From positions 3,336-67,335 of the forward strand of contig JADLEV010000072.1 in the NCBI GenBank assembly GCA_020845935.1: a DNA stretch of 64,000 nt, given 5' to 3'. The first letter of the stretch is position 1. Every line of letters starts with the position of its first letter. Below, in pieces: positions 21,696 through 31,948 of this stretch. A program made the translations under genes and the position numbers. Under the pieces are notes generated by a model, which ran no database searches, was not told the DNA's origin, and saw nothing but the letters and a program-made list of their open reading frames with translations. This stretch comes from Gammaproteobacteria bacterium. Lineage in GTDB: Bacteria > Pseudomonadota > Gammaproteobacteria > Ga0077536.

Positions 21696-21752
21696 TCCAA
21701 CGCACTTGCTTCAATCCACGCCAGGGACGGCGCCCCGGAACGACTTGTGCAA

Positions 21753-22493
21753 TCAACCGGGCGAACTGTTTGACAGGTCGCGATCCACGGCCGCCCGCCA
21801 GAGACAACCACCGCCAGAGGCTTGGTCGATCGCGCGCAAGCGTGCCTCATGCCGTGCCAGGTCCTCGACGGTTGGGAGAACGACGCGTCCGGACCGGTCA
21901 GTGCGAACGGAACCAAATGTCGTTCCCTGTTGGCCGTGCTCCCACTCCGATTCCTGTTCATCCCACAGGCTTGCCTGGCCTCCGGTCATCGCCAGGTAAA
22001 CCTCGGCAAGGATTTCGGCGTCGAGCAACGCGCCGTGCAATTCGCGGTGCGAGTTGTCTACCGCATAGCGCTTGCACAGTGCATCGAGATTGTTGCGCTG
22101 GCCCGGATGCAGTTGGCGCGCGAGCACCAGCGTATCGATCACCGTGCAACGATCGGCGATCGTACCCAAGGCCGGATCCGCCAGTTGCAGTTCGTGGTTG
22201 AGAAAGGCGACGTCGAACGGCGCGTTGTGCATGATGATCTCCGCGTCGCGAATGAACTCCAGCAACTCCGCGGCGATATCCGCGAAAACCGGCTGCTCCT
22301 GCAGATCCTCGATCTGGATACCATGCACCTGCGTCGCGCCCGCATCGATGTCACGTTGTGGGTTGAGATAGCGATGAAAATGTCTGCCGGTGATGCGCCG
22401 GTTGCAGAGTTCGATGCAGCCGATCTCGATGATGCGATGACCAAGCTCGGGTTCGAGTCCGGTCGTTTCCGTATCAAGCACCACTTGTCTCAT
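21753..22493 (-). CDS. dnaQ: DNA polymerase III epsilon subunit (3'-5' exonuclease)
   Basis: [25 protein letters not shown]...; ExoII and ExoIII motifs. The ATG overlaps the rnhA stop as ATGA. Confidence 0.94.
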   Translation of the reverse strand: MRQVVLDTETTGLEPELGHRIIEIGCIELCNRRITGRHFHRYLNPQRDIDAGATQVHGIQIEDLQEQPVFADIAAELLEFIRDAEIIMHNAPFDVAFLNHELQLADPALGTIADRCTVIDTLVLARQLHPGQRNNLDALCKRYAVDNSHRELHGALLDAEILAEVYLAMTGGQASLWDEQESEWEHGQQGTTFGSVRTDRSGRVVLPTVEDLARHEARLRAIDQASGGGCLWRAAVDRDLSNSSPG

Positions 22494-22993
22494 GGACTGC
22501 CTCCGCTATCTGCCCGCAACAATTCGTCGATGGCCTGGTTGGCCAAGGTATCGGCCAGCTCGTTTTCTCGGTGTCCGGAATGCCCGCGCACCCAATGCCA
22601 GGAGACATCATGCTGTGTTGCCAACGCATCAAGCTCGCGCCACAGCTCGGCATTCTTCACCGGCTTCTTCGCCGCAGTACGCCAGCCGTTGCGGCGCCAG
22701 CCGGGTAACCATTCGACAATCCCTTGCTGGACATACTTCGAATCGGTGGTTACCTGAACACGGCACCGCTCGCGCAAGGCGGCAAGGCCGCGAATGGCCG
22801 CGGTCAGTTCCATGCGGTTGTTGGTGGTCATGCGCTCGGCACCATTTAAATGACGTTCATGTGCGCCGAAGCGCAACACGACACCCCAGCCACCAACACC
22901 CGGATTGCCGCGGCACGCACCATCACAAAAGAGGTCCACCTGCTTCGTCGGCCGAGCCCTTGGCACGGCGGGGTCTACGTCGTTCCGATTCAT
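22490..22993 (-). CDS. rnhA: ribonuclease HI
   Basis: [22 protein letters not shown]...[11 protein letters not shown]...[20 protein letters not shown]. The start could instead be GTG at 22966 or 22939. Confidence 0.92.
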   Translation of the reverse strand: MNRNDVDPAVPRARPTKQVDLFCDGACRGNPGVGGWGVVLRFGAHERHLNGAERMTTNNRMELTAAIRGLAALRERCRVQVTTDSKYVQQGIVEWLPGWRRNGWRTAAKKPVKNAELWRELDALATQHDVSWHWVRGHSGHRENELADTLANQAIDELLRADSGGSP

Positions 22994-23798
22994 CCCGCCG
23001 ATCCGACCAGGTGCGTGAACTTGGCTCGGTGATGCCTGCCGCTACCAGGCGCGCCCTGCTGCGCCAATGCATGCGTGCCGCCGTCAGCGGCACAACGCGT
23101 TTGCTGGCGACAATGATGCTGATGCTGCCAAAGAAAGGCCAAAAACGAGCTCCAAGGTTTTCAAGGAACGAAAGTCTATCGTTCAATTCGCCGCTTCGGC
23201 ACGGTGGCCGGAAATAGACCAGCTTGCGGCGCACGATGTCGAAACCAAGCAAAGTCAGCCAATCCTTCAGGCGCCGGCCGGAAAAATAGTGTCCGGCCCA
23301 GGGAGCGCGCCGCCGCCAGCCAAGCATCATGCGCCAAATCCCGAACAAGCTGAGCGGGTTGAACCCGATGATGACGACGTGGCCTTCGCCAATCAGGATC
23401 CGCTCGACCTCGCGCAGAACTGTGTGGGGATATTCTGCGAATTCCAACACATGCGGCAATAAGACCACATCGACGGATCCGGCTGCGAGCGGCAGGGCCG
23501 CGGTATCAGAGATTGCCCCACACTGCGATTGCGTATCGATTTCACCGCGACGGGGCGCTGCGATTTGCAATACCACTTGATGCGCGATACGACTCGTGTG
23601 CATCAGATCCACCACAGGCATTTGACCGAGTTGCACGAGGTGATAACCAAACAGATCCGGCAACACGTCTGCCAGCGCATCGCGTTCCGCGCTCGCCACA
23701 TGACAACCCGGCGCACGGCTGAGCCAATCATTCAACTCCTGACGCGCCAGTCGCTCTCTGCGTTTCGGATCGTTTGCTGTCACGATTTCGCCGCCCAC
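22923..23798 (-). CDS. class I SAM-dependent methyltransferase (YafS-like)
   Basis: [40 protein letters not shown]. It lies next to rnhA and dnaQ, as yafS does in E. coli. The Arg-rich C-terminal tail overlaps the rnhA start. Confidence 0.75.
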   Translation of the reverse strand: MGGEIVTANDPKRRERLARQELNDWLSRAPGCHVASAERDALADVLPDLFGYHLVQLGQMPVVDLMHTSRIAHQVVLQIAAPRRGEIDTQSQCGAISDTAALPLAAGSVDVVLLPHVLEFAEYPHTVLREVERILIGEGHVVIIGFNPLSLFGIWRMMLGWRRRAPWAGHYFSGRRLKDWLTLLGFDIVRRKLVYFRPPCRSGELNDRLSFLENLGARFWPFFGSISIIVASKRVVPLTAARMHWRSRARLVAAGITEPSSRTWSDRRDESERRRPRRAKGSADEAGGPLL

Positions 23799-23911
23799 AT
23801 TTTTGCGTCGCAGGTTTCCTTAACACGCCGTCTCATAACATTCAATCAAGACGGTTGCGGCGACTCGCCTTGGGTTGACGCAGTCGAACTGCCTTCTTTA
23901 GGATACGCCGC

Positions 23912-25501
23912 ATGTTGAGGGGGACCCATATTTCCCGTACTGCGATTTCGTTGCTGCTGATCGCTGCGATCAGCGGCTGCACATCGTTTCCTTCGATGCG
24001 CGATCGCAATGCGGCGAACCGGCAGCAGACGGCGCCCGCCACTGCCACGTCGCTTGATCCCAACGACGGTGATGCCGCGAATGCCGCGCAAGCACCGGCC
24101 GACCCGACCTCGGATCTCTGGGCTCGCATCCGACATCGGCTGCAACTGCATGCCATACAGCATCCACGGATCACCAGCGAGGTTCGTTGGTTCCGGAACA
24201 ACCCGCAGTTTCTCGGCAACACCTCGGTGCGGGCCGAACCGTTTCTGTATCACATCGTCAGCGAGATTGAACGTCGCGGCATGCCGATCGAACTCGCCTT
24301 CATCCCGATCGTCGAAAGCGCCTTCCAATCCAAGGCGCTGTCGCGGAGTCAGGCAAGCGGTATCTGGCAATTCATTCCAGGCACCGGCACGCGCTACGGT
24401 TTGAAGCAGGATTGGTGGTATGACGAACGCCGTAATTTCGTCAAGGCGACCGATGCCGCACTCAATTACCTTGCTGCCCTGCACCAGCGTTTCAACGGCG
24501 ATTGGCTGCTGGCGATGGCAGCCTACAACAATGGCGAGGGCAACATTGATCGGGCCTTGCAGAGAAACCGGACCAAACGCCTGCCGCTCGATTTCTGGTC
24601 GATCGAGGTCCGCCGGGAAACGGCTGAATACGTGCCGCGGATCCTCGCGGTGGCGCAAATCGTCGCGCACCCCGAACTGTATGGACAAAACCTGCAACCG
24701 ATTGCAAACAAACCCTACTTTGCGGTCGTGGATACCGGCCGGCCCATCGATTTGCGACAACTGGAAGCCGGCACAGGCATCGACTCCGAACTATTTCAGG
24801 CGTTGAACGCCAGCTATCGGCGCAATTCCGCGGGTCCCGATGGCCCCTTCTCGGTCTACGTGCCACTCGCGGCCGAGCAGCTTGCGCGCGAGACCATCGC
24901 CGCGCTGCCTCGCCACGCCCGCTCTGATTGGCAGCAATACCAGATTCGGCCGGGCGACACCCTATCGGGGATTGCGGCGCGATTCGGCACCACGGTACCG
25001 ACCTTGCAGGCAGCGAATCAGATGAACGGAACCGCGCTACGCGCCGGGCAGCAACTGCTGATCCCGCCGAACGAGTCACCGACATCGGTTGCAGACGGCA
25101 ACGCCAAAGACGCGACGCAAGCGACGAATCCGGCTACGGGCGGCAAGGAAACCTCGCATACCGTCGCGTCAGGTGAAACGCTGAGCTCGATCGCCAAGCG
25201 TCACGGCGTGCCTCTGGCACAGCTGCTCCGTGACAACAACCTCACGACGGCCACGATCCTGCGCGTCGGTCAGCGCCTGCTGCTGCGCAGTGTTTCCGCA
25301 TTCCAAGCGGAGTCGCCCGGCCGCGCTTCGGACAACGCTCCGGCAATCACCTACGAAGTTCGTTCCGGCGACTCGTTATGGCGAATCTCGAACCAGTTTG
25401 CGGTCACCGTCACCGAGCTCCGGCGCTGGAATTCGCTGTCCTCCAACCAGCAATTGCGCCCCGGCCAGAAGCTGACCGTCTATCCCGGCCGCAAGATCTA
25501 A
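23912..25501 (+). CDS. mltD: membrane-bound lytic murein transglycosylase D (SLT domain plus 3 LysM)
   Basis: Lipobox LIAAISGC; IVESAFQSKALSRSQASGIWQFIPGTG...AAYNNGEGN; three LysM repeats (YQIRPGDTLSGIA.., HTVASGETLSSIA.., YEVRSGDSLWRIS..). Confidence 0.9.
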   Translation: MLRGTHISRTAISLLLIAAISGCTSFPSMRDRNAANRQQTAPATATSLDPNDGDAANAAQAPADPTSDLWARIRHRLQLHAIQHPRITSEVRWFRNNPQFLGNTSVRAEPFLYHIVSEIERRGMPIELAFIPIVESAFQSKALSRSQASGIWQFIPGTGTRYGLKQDWWYDERRNFVKATDAALNYLAALHQRFNGDWLLAMAAYNNGEGNIDRALQRNRTKRLPLDFWSIEVRRETAEYVPRILAVAQIVAHPELYGQNLQPIANKPYFAVVDTGRPIDLRQLEAGTGIDSELFQALNASYRRNSAGPDGPFSVYVPLAAEQLARETIAALPRHARSDWQQYQIRPGDTLSGIAARFGTTVPTLQAANQMNGTALRAGQQLLIPPNESPTSVADGNAKDATQATNPATGGKETSHTVASGETLSSIAKRHGVPLAQLLRDNNLTTATILRVGQRLLLRSVSAFQAESPGRASDNAPAITYEVRSGDSLWRISNQFAVTVTELRRWNSLSSNQQLRPGQKLTVYPGRKI

Positions 25502-25563
25502 CGGTTCGCCCCTTCTCCTTGCCTATACACCCCGGCCCAACATCCCACCGCTGACTGCAGACG

Positions 25564-27729
25564 ATGCTGGTCGAGCTCCTGAAATTTGTCGTCGGTACAA
25601 TTTTCAGGCTGGCGTTTCCGGTACGGATTACCGGCCTCGAGAACTACCACGCGGCAGGCAAGCGCGTCCTTATCGTCGTCAACCATTTGTCGCTGCTTGA
25701 CGGCATCCTGCTGTATCTGTTCCTGCCGGATCGCTTGACCTTCGCCATCAACCCCCTGATCGCCGATCGCTGGTATTTCCGGCCATTCTTCTGGTTCACC
25801 GATCTATTCCGGATGGACCCGCTGAATCCGCTCGCGGTCAAGGCCTTGATCAAGTACTTGCGTGAAGATCGGCGCGCCGTGATTTTTCCCGAAGGTCGCA
25901 TCACCTACACCGGTTCATTGATGAAAATCTACGAGGGCCCGGGCCTCATCGCCGACAAGGCGGAAGCGACCGTCCTGCCGATAAGTCTCGACGGTCCCCA
26001 GTACTCACTATCGTCGTACCTGCGCGGTTTGGTGAAGCGCCGCTGGCTGCCACCCATCACGATCAAGATTCTCGCACCGCGCCGGATCGAGCCCCCAACA
26101 TCCGTCCAGGGTCAGGAACGGCGCGACGCAGTGTTCCGCACGATGACGCGCATCATGCGCGAGATCGGTTACGAGGCGGCCTTTCGTCGGCAAACGATAT
26201 TTGCCGCGGTACTTGACGCGATGGATCGTCACGGCCCGCGGCAGCCTGTGATAGAAGACAGTGATCGCGTACCCCTGACGTTTCGCCAGCTGGTGGCCCG
26301 GTCCTTCATCCTTGGCCGGGCCATGGCGCAAGTGACCGCCCGAGGCGAAGCAGTCGGCATCCTGCTGCCGAACAGCAACGCCGCCGCCGTGACCTTTCTC
26401 GCGTTGCAAGCTTATGGCCGCGTGCCGGCCATGCTTAATTTCACGGCGGGTCAACGCGGTCTGCAGGCCGCCTGCGAGACCGGCCGCATCAAACGGATCT
26501 ATACCTCACGCAAGTTTGTCGAAGCTGCCGACCTGAGAGATGTGGTGACCACCTTGCAACGGTTCGCGACAGTCACCCTGCTGGAGGACCTGCGCAGCGA
26601 GATTGGCGCCGGAGCGCGGCTGCTCGGCATGCTGCGGGCCTATTTCCCGCGGCATGCCCATCGCGCCGCAGCCGGCCAGGTCGATTGCGACGCGCCCGCC
26701 TGCATGCTGTTCACGTCCGGCTCCGAGGGATTGCCGAAGGGGGTCGTCCTGTCGCATACGAATCTGCTGGCCAATCGCGCCCAGGTACAGACCCTGATCG
26801 ACCTGACTCCGCGAGACGTGTTCTTCAACGCGCTGCCGATATTTCACTGCTTCGGTCTGATCGGCTTGCTGCTGGCCATGCTCAACGGCGCGCGAACGTT
26901 TCTCTATCCGACACCGCTGCACTACCGCATCATTCCGGAGCTTTGTTATGCGCTCCGTGCGACCTGCATGTTCGGCACCAACACCTTCCTTGCCGGTTAT
27001 GCCAAGTACGCCGACCCGTTTGATTTTCGCAGCATGCGCTATGTCGTCGCCGGGGCGGAGAAGCTGCACGACGAGACGCGCCGAACCTGGGCCGACAAGT
27101 TCGGCATTCGCGTGCTCGAAGGTTACGGTGCGACCGAGGCCAGCCCGGTGGTTTCGGTCAATACGCCGCATTGCAACAAGGTCGGCACCGTCGGCCAGTT
27201 GGTCGCCGGCATCGACTACTATCTGGCGCCAGTGCAGGGCCTTGCCCGCGGCGGGCGTTTGGTCATCCGCGGCCCGAACATCATGCTCGGCTACATGCTG
27301 CATGCCGCTCCCGGCGAAATCAGTCCGCCGGCAACGGATCGAGGCCTCGGCTGGTATGACACCGGCGATATCGTCGCCATCGACGAAGATGGCTTCGTGA
27401 CCATCCTCGGCCGCGCCAAACGGTTCGCGAAAGTGGGGGGCGAAATGGTGTCGTTGTCATTCGTCGAGGAACTCGCAGCGAACGCGTGGCCGGGCATCAA
27501 GCATGCCGCGGTATCGATCCCGGATGAACGCAAGGGCGAACAGATCATCCTGCTGACCGAATACGCGCAACCTGATCGCAAGGACCTCGTTGCCGCCGCG
27601 CAACGGCTTGGCGCAACCGAACTCGCGATTCCGCGACGGCTGATCCAGGTGACCGAGATCCCGGTGCTCGGCACCGGCAAGCTGAACTATCAGGCGATCC
27701 AGGATCTCGCGCGGTCGCTTGTGGTCTAG
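25564..27729 (+). CDS. aas: bifunctional 2-acylglycerophosphoethanolamine acyltransferase / acyl-ACP synthetase
   Basis: 721 aa. N-terminal PlsC-type acyltransferase (VVNHLSLLDG, FPEGRIT) plus a C-terminal AMP-binding domain (MLFTSGSEGLPKGVVLSH, YDTGDIV). Confidence 0.88.
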   Translation: MLVELLKFVVGTIFRLAFPVRITGLENYHAAGKRVLIVVNHLSLLDGILLYLFLPDRLTFAINPLIADRWYFRPFFWFTDLFRMDPLNPLAVKALIKYLREDRRAVIFPEGRITYTGSLMKIYEGPGLIADKAEATVLPISLDGPQYSLSSYLRGLVKRRWLPPITIKILAPRRIEPPTSVQGQERRDAVFRTMTRIMREIGYEAAFRRQTIFAAVLDAMDRHGPRQPVIEDSDRVPLTFRQLVARSFILGRAMAQVTARGEAVGILLPNSNAAAVTFLALQAYGRVPAMLNFTAGQRGLQAACETGRIKRIYTSRKFVEAADLRDVVTTLQRFATVTLLEDLRSEIGAGARLLGMLRAYFPRHAHRAAAGQVDCDAPACMLFTSGSEGLPKGVVLSHTNLLANRAQVQTLIDLTPRDVFFNALPIFHCFGLIGLLLAMLNGARTFLYPTPLHYRIIPELCYALRATCMFGTNTFLAGYAKYADPFDFRSMRYVVAGAEKLHDETRRTWADKFGIRVLEGYGATEASPVVSVNTPHCNKVGTVGQLVAGIDYYLAPVQGLARGGRLVIRGPNIMLGYMLHAAPGEISPPATDRGLGWYDTGDIVAIDEDGFVTILGRAKRFAKVGGEMVSLSFVEELAANAWPGIKHAAVSIPDERKGEQIILLTEYAQPDRKDLVAAAQRLGATELAIPRRLIQVTEIPVLGTGKLNYQAIQDLARSLVV

Positions 27730-28487
27730 TCGACCGCTCCCTGCTTTCCGGTCAAGGGCACGAACCGGACCGGCAACACTTCCCGATACTGCGTACCCTG
27801 CGACGTCTTCTTCGCGATGCTCAATACCTGATTGCCGTCGCCGTGGGCGATGGGAATTACCATGCGTCCGCCTTGCTTGAGCTGTTCAAGCAAGGCGGAG
27901 GGAACACGGCCAGCAGCGGTGACGATGATGGCATCGTAGGGGGCGTGTTCCGGCCAGCCGGTATTGCCGTCGCCCAACCGCACGTGCACATTGTGGTAGC
28001 CGAGGTCTCGCAATCTTGCCGCGGCAGTCGCGGCGAGCTCGGGTACGATTTCGATCGAGAACACCTCGGCTGCCAAGCCGGCGAGCACCGCCGTCTGATA
28101 GCCGGAGCCAGTGCCGATCTCGAGCACGCGTTCGATGCCCTGCAATTCCAGCAGATCGGTCATCAGCGCGACGATATACGGCTGCGAAATCGTCTGGCCA
28201 TGACCGATTGCGAGCGGCTGGTTGAGGTAAGCGACGCATTCGTCGCCTGGATCGACGAAACGATGTCGAGGTACCCGCGCGAGCGCATCGCGAACCGCCG
28301 CCGACATCTTGGCGCGCCCGGTGAATGTGGCCGTCACCCGGTATTCGTCGTCGATCTGCTGCAACAAACGAGCGTGGGCTCGGGACACGACGGGTTTGTC
28401 GTCATCCGCTGCATTTGCCATGTCGCCAGTCTCCGTCAGGATGCCGTCAGCGCAAGGCCATGCCGCTGCGGCAGTTGCGATAGTCAT
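27726..28487 (-). CDS. second protein-L-isoaspartate O-methyltransferase paralogue
   Basis: GHGQTISQPYIVALMTDLL, VLEIGTGSGYQTAVLA, GGRMVIPI. The start may be ATG 28421 (MANAADDDK). Confidence 0.85.
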   Translation of the reverse strand: MTIATAAAAWPCADGILTETGDMANAADDDKPVVSRAHARLLQQIDDEYRVTATFTGRAKMSAAVRDALARVPRHRFVDPGDECVAYLNQPLAIGHGQTISQPYIVALMTDLLELQGIERVLEIGTGSGYQTAVLAGLAAEVFSIEIVPELAATAAARLRDLGYHNVHVRLGDGNTGWPEHAPYDAIIVTAAGRVPSALLEQLKQGGRMVIPIAHGDGNQVLSIAKKTSQGTQYREVLPVRFVPLTGKQGAVD

Positions 28488-28499
28488 GCATACTGTCCG

Positions 28500-29057
28500 A
28501 TGACCGCGCCCCAGTCATCGACCGAGACTTTGGAGGACTCATTGGAACAACTCAAGCACCTCATTCGGGACATCCCAGATTTTCCCAAGCCCGGCATCCT
28601 GTTCAAGGACATCACCCCGTTGCTGCGCGATGGCGCCGCGCTGCGCCACGCGGCCGAACTGCTGGTTGCCCCGTTTCTGCAGGAGGCCATCTCCGCCGTC
28701 GCCGGCATGGAAGCGCGCGGCTTCATCTTCGGCAGTCTGGCGGCTGCGTCGCTGGGTTGCGGCTTCGTCCCGTTGCGCAAGCCGGGCAAGCTGCCTTATG
28801 CCACGCATCGCGAGACCTATGACCTCGAATACGGCTCGGCCGACCTCGAACTGCACGTGGATGCATTGACACCGGCCGATCGTGTCTTGCTGGTCGATGA
28901 CTTGATCGCGACCGGCGGCACCGCCGCGGCCGCCTGTCGGCTGCTTACCGCCTGCGGCGCGACCCTGGTCGCCTGTGCCTTCGTCATCGAGTTGCAGGGC
29001 CTCGCCGGTCGCGCCGCCTTGCCCGGCCGCACGGTGCATGCGCTGCTGCGGTACTGA
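28500..29057 (+). CDS. apt: adenine phosphoribosyltransferase
   Basis: 185 aa from the internal ATG at 28500: ...IRDIPDFPKPGILFKDITPLL...VLLVDDLIATGGTA. The upstream part of track ORF 27843..29057 is antisense to the pcm paralogue. Confidence 0.93.
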   Translation: MTAPQSSTETLEDSLEQLKHLIRDIPDFPKPGILFKDITPLLRDGAALRHAAELLVAPFLQEAISAVAGMEARGFIFGSLAAASLGCGFVPLRKPGKLPYATHRETYDLEYGSADLELHVDALTPADRVLLVDDLIATGGTAAAACRLLTACGATLVACAFVIELQGLAGRAALPGRTVHALLRY

Positions 29058-29099
29058 TCCGACCCCGGCCCTAACCAGCCTCCAACGGGGATGTTCTCT

Positions 29100-30065
29100 T
29101 CATCGGGGCAGGACTTCGATCGCCGCCATCGCATAGACAAACCGGTTCTCGATCATTAGTTCGAGCGTCTCTGTTTCGCCGCTGCTGCGCGCGCGCAGCC
29201 AGGGACGCACCCGCTCGAACTGCTCTCCCAGCCGATGGAGACTTGGCAATGACAGAGCGACGAAATTGCCATGGCTGTCGACGACGAGACGATGCGCTCC
29301 GCTCGTCGCCGGCAGGATCGTCATCTGCTGCCAGTCGACGAAGCCGCCGCGCTCGTGCAGTTCCCGCAGCGCGGTTGACACCTGCTCCAGTTCCAGCAGC
29401 ACGCGCTCACAGGCCTGCTTCTTCAACAGCAAATGTGCGTTGTCCTGAAACAGGCACTGCACGCCGCTGGTGCCGGATTCGTAAGCCGGGGCACGCCGAT
29501 CGCCGAAGCTCCAGGTACCCGGTGCCGAGCGACCTCGCGCCGCCACCGCCACTTCCGTTGCGGCGGTGACGCAATCGACAACCTCGCAGGTGCGGTTGGC
29601 GATGCGCTGCTGCAGATCGGCTTTGGCGGACAACCGCGGCGTATCGATCATTACCGACCGGCCGTCGAGCAGCAACCGGGTATTGCCACCGGCTTCGGCA
29701 ATGGCATCGATCGTCATGCCGGCCGTCATCTGTTCACGAATCGCGCCGAGGTCGTTCCTCGTCGCGATGGCACCCCGGTACCAGGTGTAGGTCTCTGCGG
29801 GCACCGGAGCCCCCGCGCGCAACTGCCTTTCGACTCGGTCGATCTCGACGTCATAATCGCGCAACATCTCATCGAGAGCGGCCCGAGCAAGCGACGCCAT
29901 GGCGGCGGGGTCTTCCCGCAGTTCGACAAGAAGTCGATCGAGCGGGCTGGCCCGCAATGCCTGGCCCGCCAGCCGCACAGGCGTGGCATCCGGCGGGGCA
30001 GCATGCACCATGATCGAGACGCAGCACAACGCCAGCAATGAGAGGAATGCAGTCCGGTACCTCAT
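29100..30065 (-). CDS. hypothetical secreted protein (signal peptide; no family recognised)
   Basis: 321 aa; MRYRTAFLSLLALCCVSIMVHAAPP... is signal-like. Codon third positions are GC-rich like the neighbours. Confidence 0.6.
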   Translation of the reverse strand: MRYRTAFLSLLALCCVSIMVHAAPPDATPVRLAGQALRASPLDRLLVELREDPAAMASLARAALDEMLRDYDVEIDRVERQLRAGAPVPAETYTWYRGAIATRNDLGAIREQMTAGMTIDAIAEAGGNTRLLLDGRSVMIDTPRLSAKADLQQRIANRTCEVVDCVTAATEVAVAARGRSAPGTWSFGDRRAPAYESGTSGVQCLFQDNAHLLLKKQACERVLLELEQVSTALRELHERGGFVDWQQMTILPATSGAHRLVVDSHGNFVALSLPSLHRLGEQFERVRPWLRARSSGETETLELMIENRFVYAMAAIEVLPR

Positions 30066-30179
30066 CGATTTATTCTACGGCGCACTCGCTGGCGATGCGC
30101 AGGACTCCAATTTGATGAATATCAGAACGACCACACGCCGAAGCAAGCAGCATCGGCAACAATGGAGGAGGACAGTCCA

Positions 30180-30620
30180 ATGACCATGCCTATCTGGGTT
30201 CTGAGTGCCAATGGCGCGCGCGCGGCTTTGTATCAAGCCGAAACGGCAACCGGTGCGCTTACGCTGGTCGAACAGCTGGAACATCCGAAATCTCGCGCTC
30301 ACCAGGGCGACTTGCTGAGCGATCGCGCCGGCCGTTCGTTCGACAGACGGGGTGACGCACGGCATGCGCTGGCGCGTGAAGTGGATCCCAAACAGCAGGA
30401 GCACATCCGATTCGCGCAACAACTCGTGGAACACCTGGAACAAGGGCGCAACAGCCAGTCCTGCAAGCGCATTGTCCTGGTCGCGGCACCGGCGTTTCTT
30501 GGCTTGCTGCGCGAGCAGATGCCAGCGCCGCTGCGGTCGCTGGTCACGTTCGAACTCGACAAGGACCTGACCGGCCTGGACGGCACCGAGTTGCGGCGCC
30601 GTCTGCCACAGGCACTCTGA
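30180..30620 (+). CDS. host-attachment protein family (baeRF12-like)
   Basis: MTMPIWVLSANGARAALYQ...HPKSRAHQGDLLSDRAGRSFDRRGDARHA...RIVLVAAPAFLGLLRE...DKDLTGL resembles the Host_attach family. The ATG at 30180 has GGAGGAGG 8 nt upstream, so I prefer it to 30162. Confidence 0.65.
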   Translation: MTMPIWVLSANGARAALYQAETATGALTLVEQLEHPKSRAHQGDLLSDRAGRSFDRRGDARHALAREVDPKQQEHIRFAQQLVEHLEQGRNSQSCKRIVLVAAPAFLGLLREQMPAPLRSLVTFELDKDLTGLDGTELRRRLPQAL

Positions 30621-30718
30621 CGCGACGGTTGCGGCGCCGGAATTCACGCTGCCGAGGCGTGGCAGCCGCTGCTACACTACGTGCTGCAACGGCAACGCCA
30701 TCGTCAGCGGAGACAACC

Positions 30719-31198
30719 ATGGGATTCGCACCCTCACCCATCACCCTGAGCAGCCCGGCATTCGCCACCGGCGGTCTCATTCCCGCGGCACATACCGGTA
30801 CCGGCATCGATGTCTCTCCGGCGCTGGCATGGCGTGGCGCCAATGCAGCCAGCAGCGCCTATGCCGTGATCTGCCATGACCCCGACGCACCGCTCATCAG
30901 CCCCAATGGCACCTATGGCTTCGTGCACTGGGTGTTGTACAACATTCCGGGATCCGTGACCGGGCTGGCAGAAGGCTGTGCCGACTTCTGCCAGGGCGTC
31001 AATGACTTCGGCGTGCGCGGTTACAAGGGGCCGATGCCGCCGCAAGGGCATGGCCCGCATCATTATTACTTCTGGATTATCGAGCTCATGGCCACGACGT
31101 CGCATGAACCGGGACTGACGATGTGGCAACTGCTGGAACGCATCGAACCCATCACCATCGGCATGAATCGCTTGATCGGACGGTACGAGCGCAAGTAA
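30719..31198 (+). CDS. YbhB/YbcL family PEBP (Raf kinase inhibitor-like) protein
   Basis: ICHDPDAP...FVHWVLYNIP...GYKGPMPPQGHGPHHYYFWI; start at MGFAPSP. Confidence 0.85.
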   Translation: MGFAPSPITLSSPAFATGGLIPAAHTGTGIDVSPALAWRGANAASSAYAVICHDPDAPLISPNGTYGFVHWVLYNIPGSVTGLAEGCADFCQGVNDFGVRGYKGPMPPQGHGPHHYYFWIIELMATTSHEPGLTMWQLLERIEPITIGMNRLIGRYERK

Positions 31199-31217
31199 CG
31201 CCCCCGCGCCACGGTTT

Positions 31218-31706
31218 TCATGAGCTCAGCGGCAGGGCCTGCCGGCTCACGATGACGCCGGTCGTATCGGCGTACAGCCAGTTTCCAGGCTCGAACGTCG
31301 CTCCGGCAAACCGCAGCGGCACGTCCTGATCGCCCAGGCCGCGTCGTTCGGTCTTCAACGGCACGCTGCTGATTGCAAGAATTCCCAGGTCGAGGCTGCG
31401 CAATGCATCGACGTCACGAACACAACCATTGATGACGATGCCGGCCCACCCATGGTGCTGCAAATCCGCGGCGATCAGGTCGCCAAGCAAGGCCCGACGC
31501 AATGAGCCACCACCGTCGACCACGATGAGCCTGCCCTCCCCCGGCTGCTGCGACAGTCTTTTCACGACCGAATTATCCTCGAAGCAGCGGACAGTCGTGA
31601 GCGCGCCGTAAAACGAAGTGCGTCCACCGTAATGGCGCAAGATTCCATCCAGCACTTGAATTTCATCGGCATGGCGATCGCAGAGATCGGATGTCGAAAC
31701 GGTCAT
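31218..31706 (-). CDS. rraA: RraA family protein (RNase E regulator / HMG aldolase fold)
   Basis: 162 aa, MTVSTSDLCDRHADEIQVLDGILRHYGGRTSFYGALTTVRCFEDNS...GWAGIVINGCVRD. Confidence 0.88.
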   Translation of the reverse strand: MTVSTSDLCDRHADEIQVLDGILRHYGGRTSFYGALTTVRCFEDNSVVKRLSQQPGEGRLIVVDGGGSLRRALLGDLIAADLQHHGWAGIVINGCVRDVDALRSLDLGILAISSVPLKTERRGLGDQDVPLRFAGATFEPGNWLYADTTGVIVSRQALPLSS

Positions 31707-31820
31707 GGCACAGCCCTCCGCCGGCTAGCGTTGTCGGCCGGCATGATAACCGCGCGACCACCACCGCTGACAGTTCCACAAAGGAGGACCTGCGTCACGA
31801 ATCCCGACACCGCGAACGGT

Positions 31821-31847
31821 TAAAGCCCGACGCCAACCGGTCGATAG
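31821..31847 (+). promoter_or_regulatory. sigma-28 (FliA) promoter of the flagellin gene
   Basis: TAAAGCCC-N11-GTCGATAG matches the TAAAGTTT-N11-GCCGATAA consensus with exact spacing, about 100 nt upstream of the fliC ATG. Confidence 0.65.
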
Positions 31848-31948
31848 CTTCGCCGGAAGCGGTGAATACCTTCCGGGTATATCCGCTAGAGACCAACCTG
31901 CCGGGCCATCGCGTTGCCGATGGCAGGCACTACACGGGATTTATGACC

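Noticed and set aside
27843-29057. Over-long N-terminal extensions in the ORF track, such as apt as 404 aa, fliC from 31691, the SnoaL-like gene from 39507, lpxH from 51254, argD from 21308, rpsO from 3493 and nlpD from 17710
   Set aside because: Family-conserved N-termini begin at internal start codons that have RBS-like sequences. The extensions overlap neighbouring genes or their antisense strands.
31703-31722. Sigma-54-like TGGCAC-N5 element upstream of fliC
   Set aside because: The -12 element is poor (TCCGC). The site overlaps the rraA start codon. A much better sigma-28 promoter lies 100 nt downstream.
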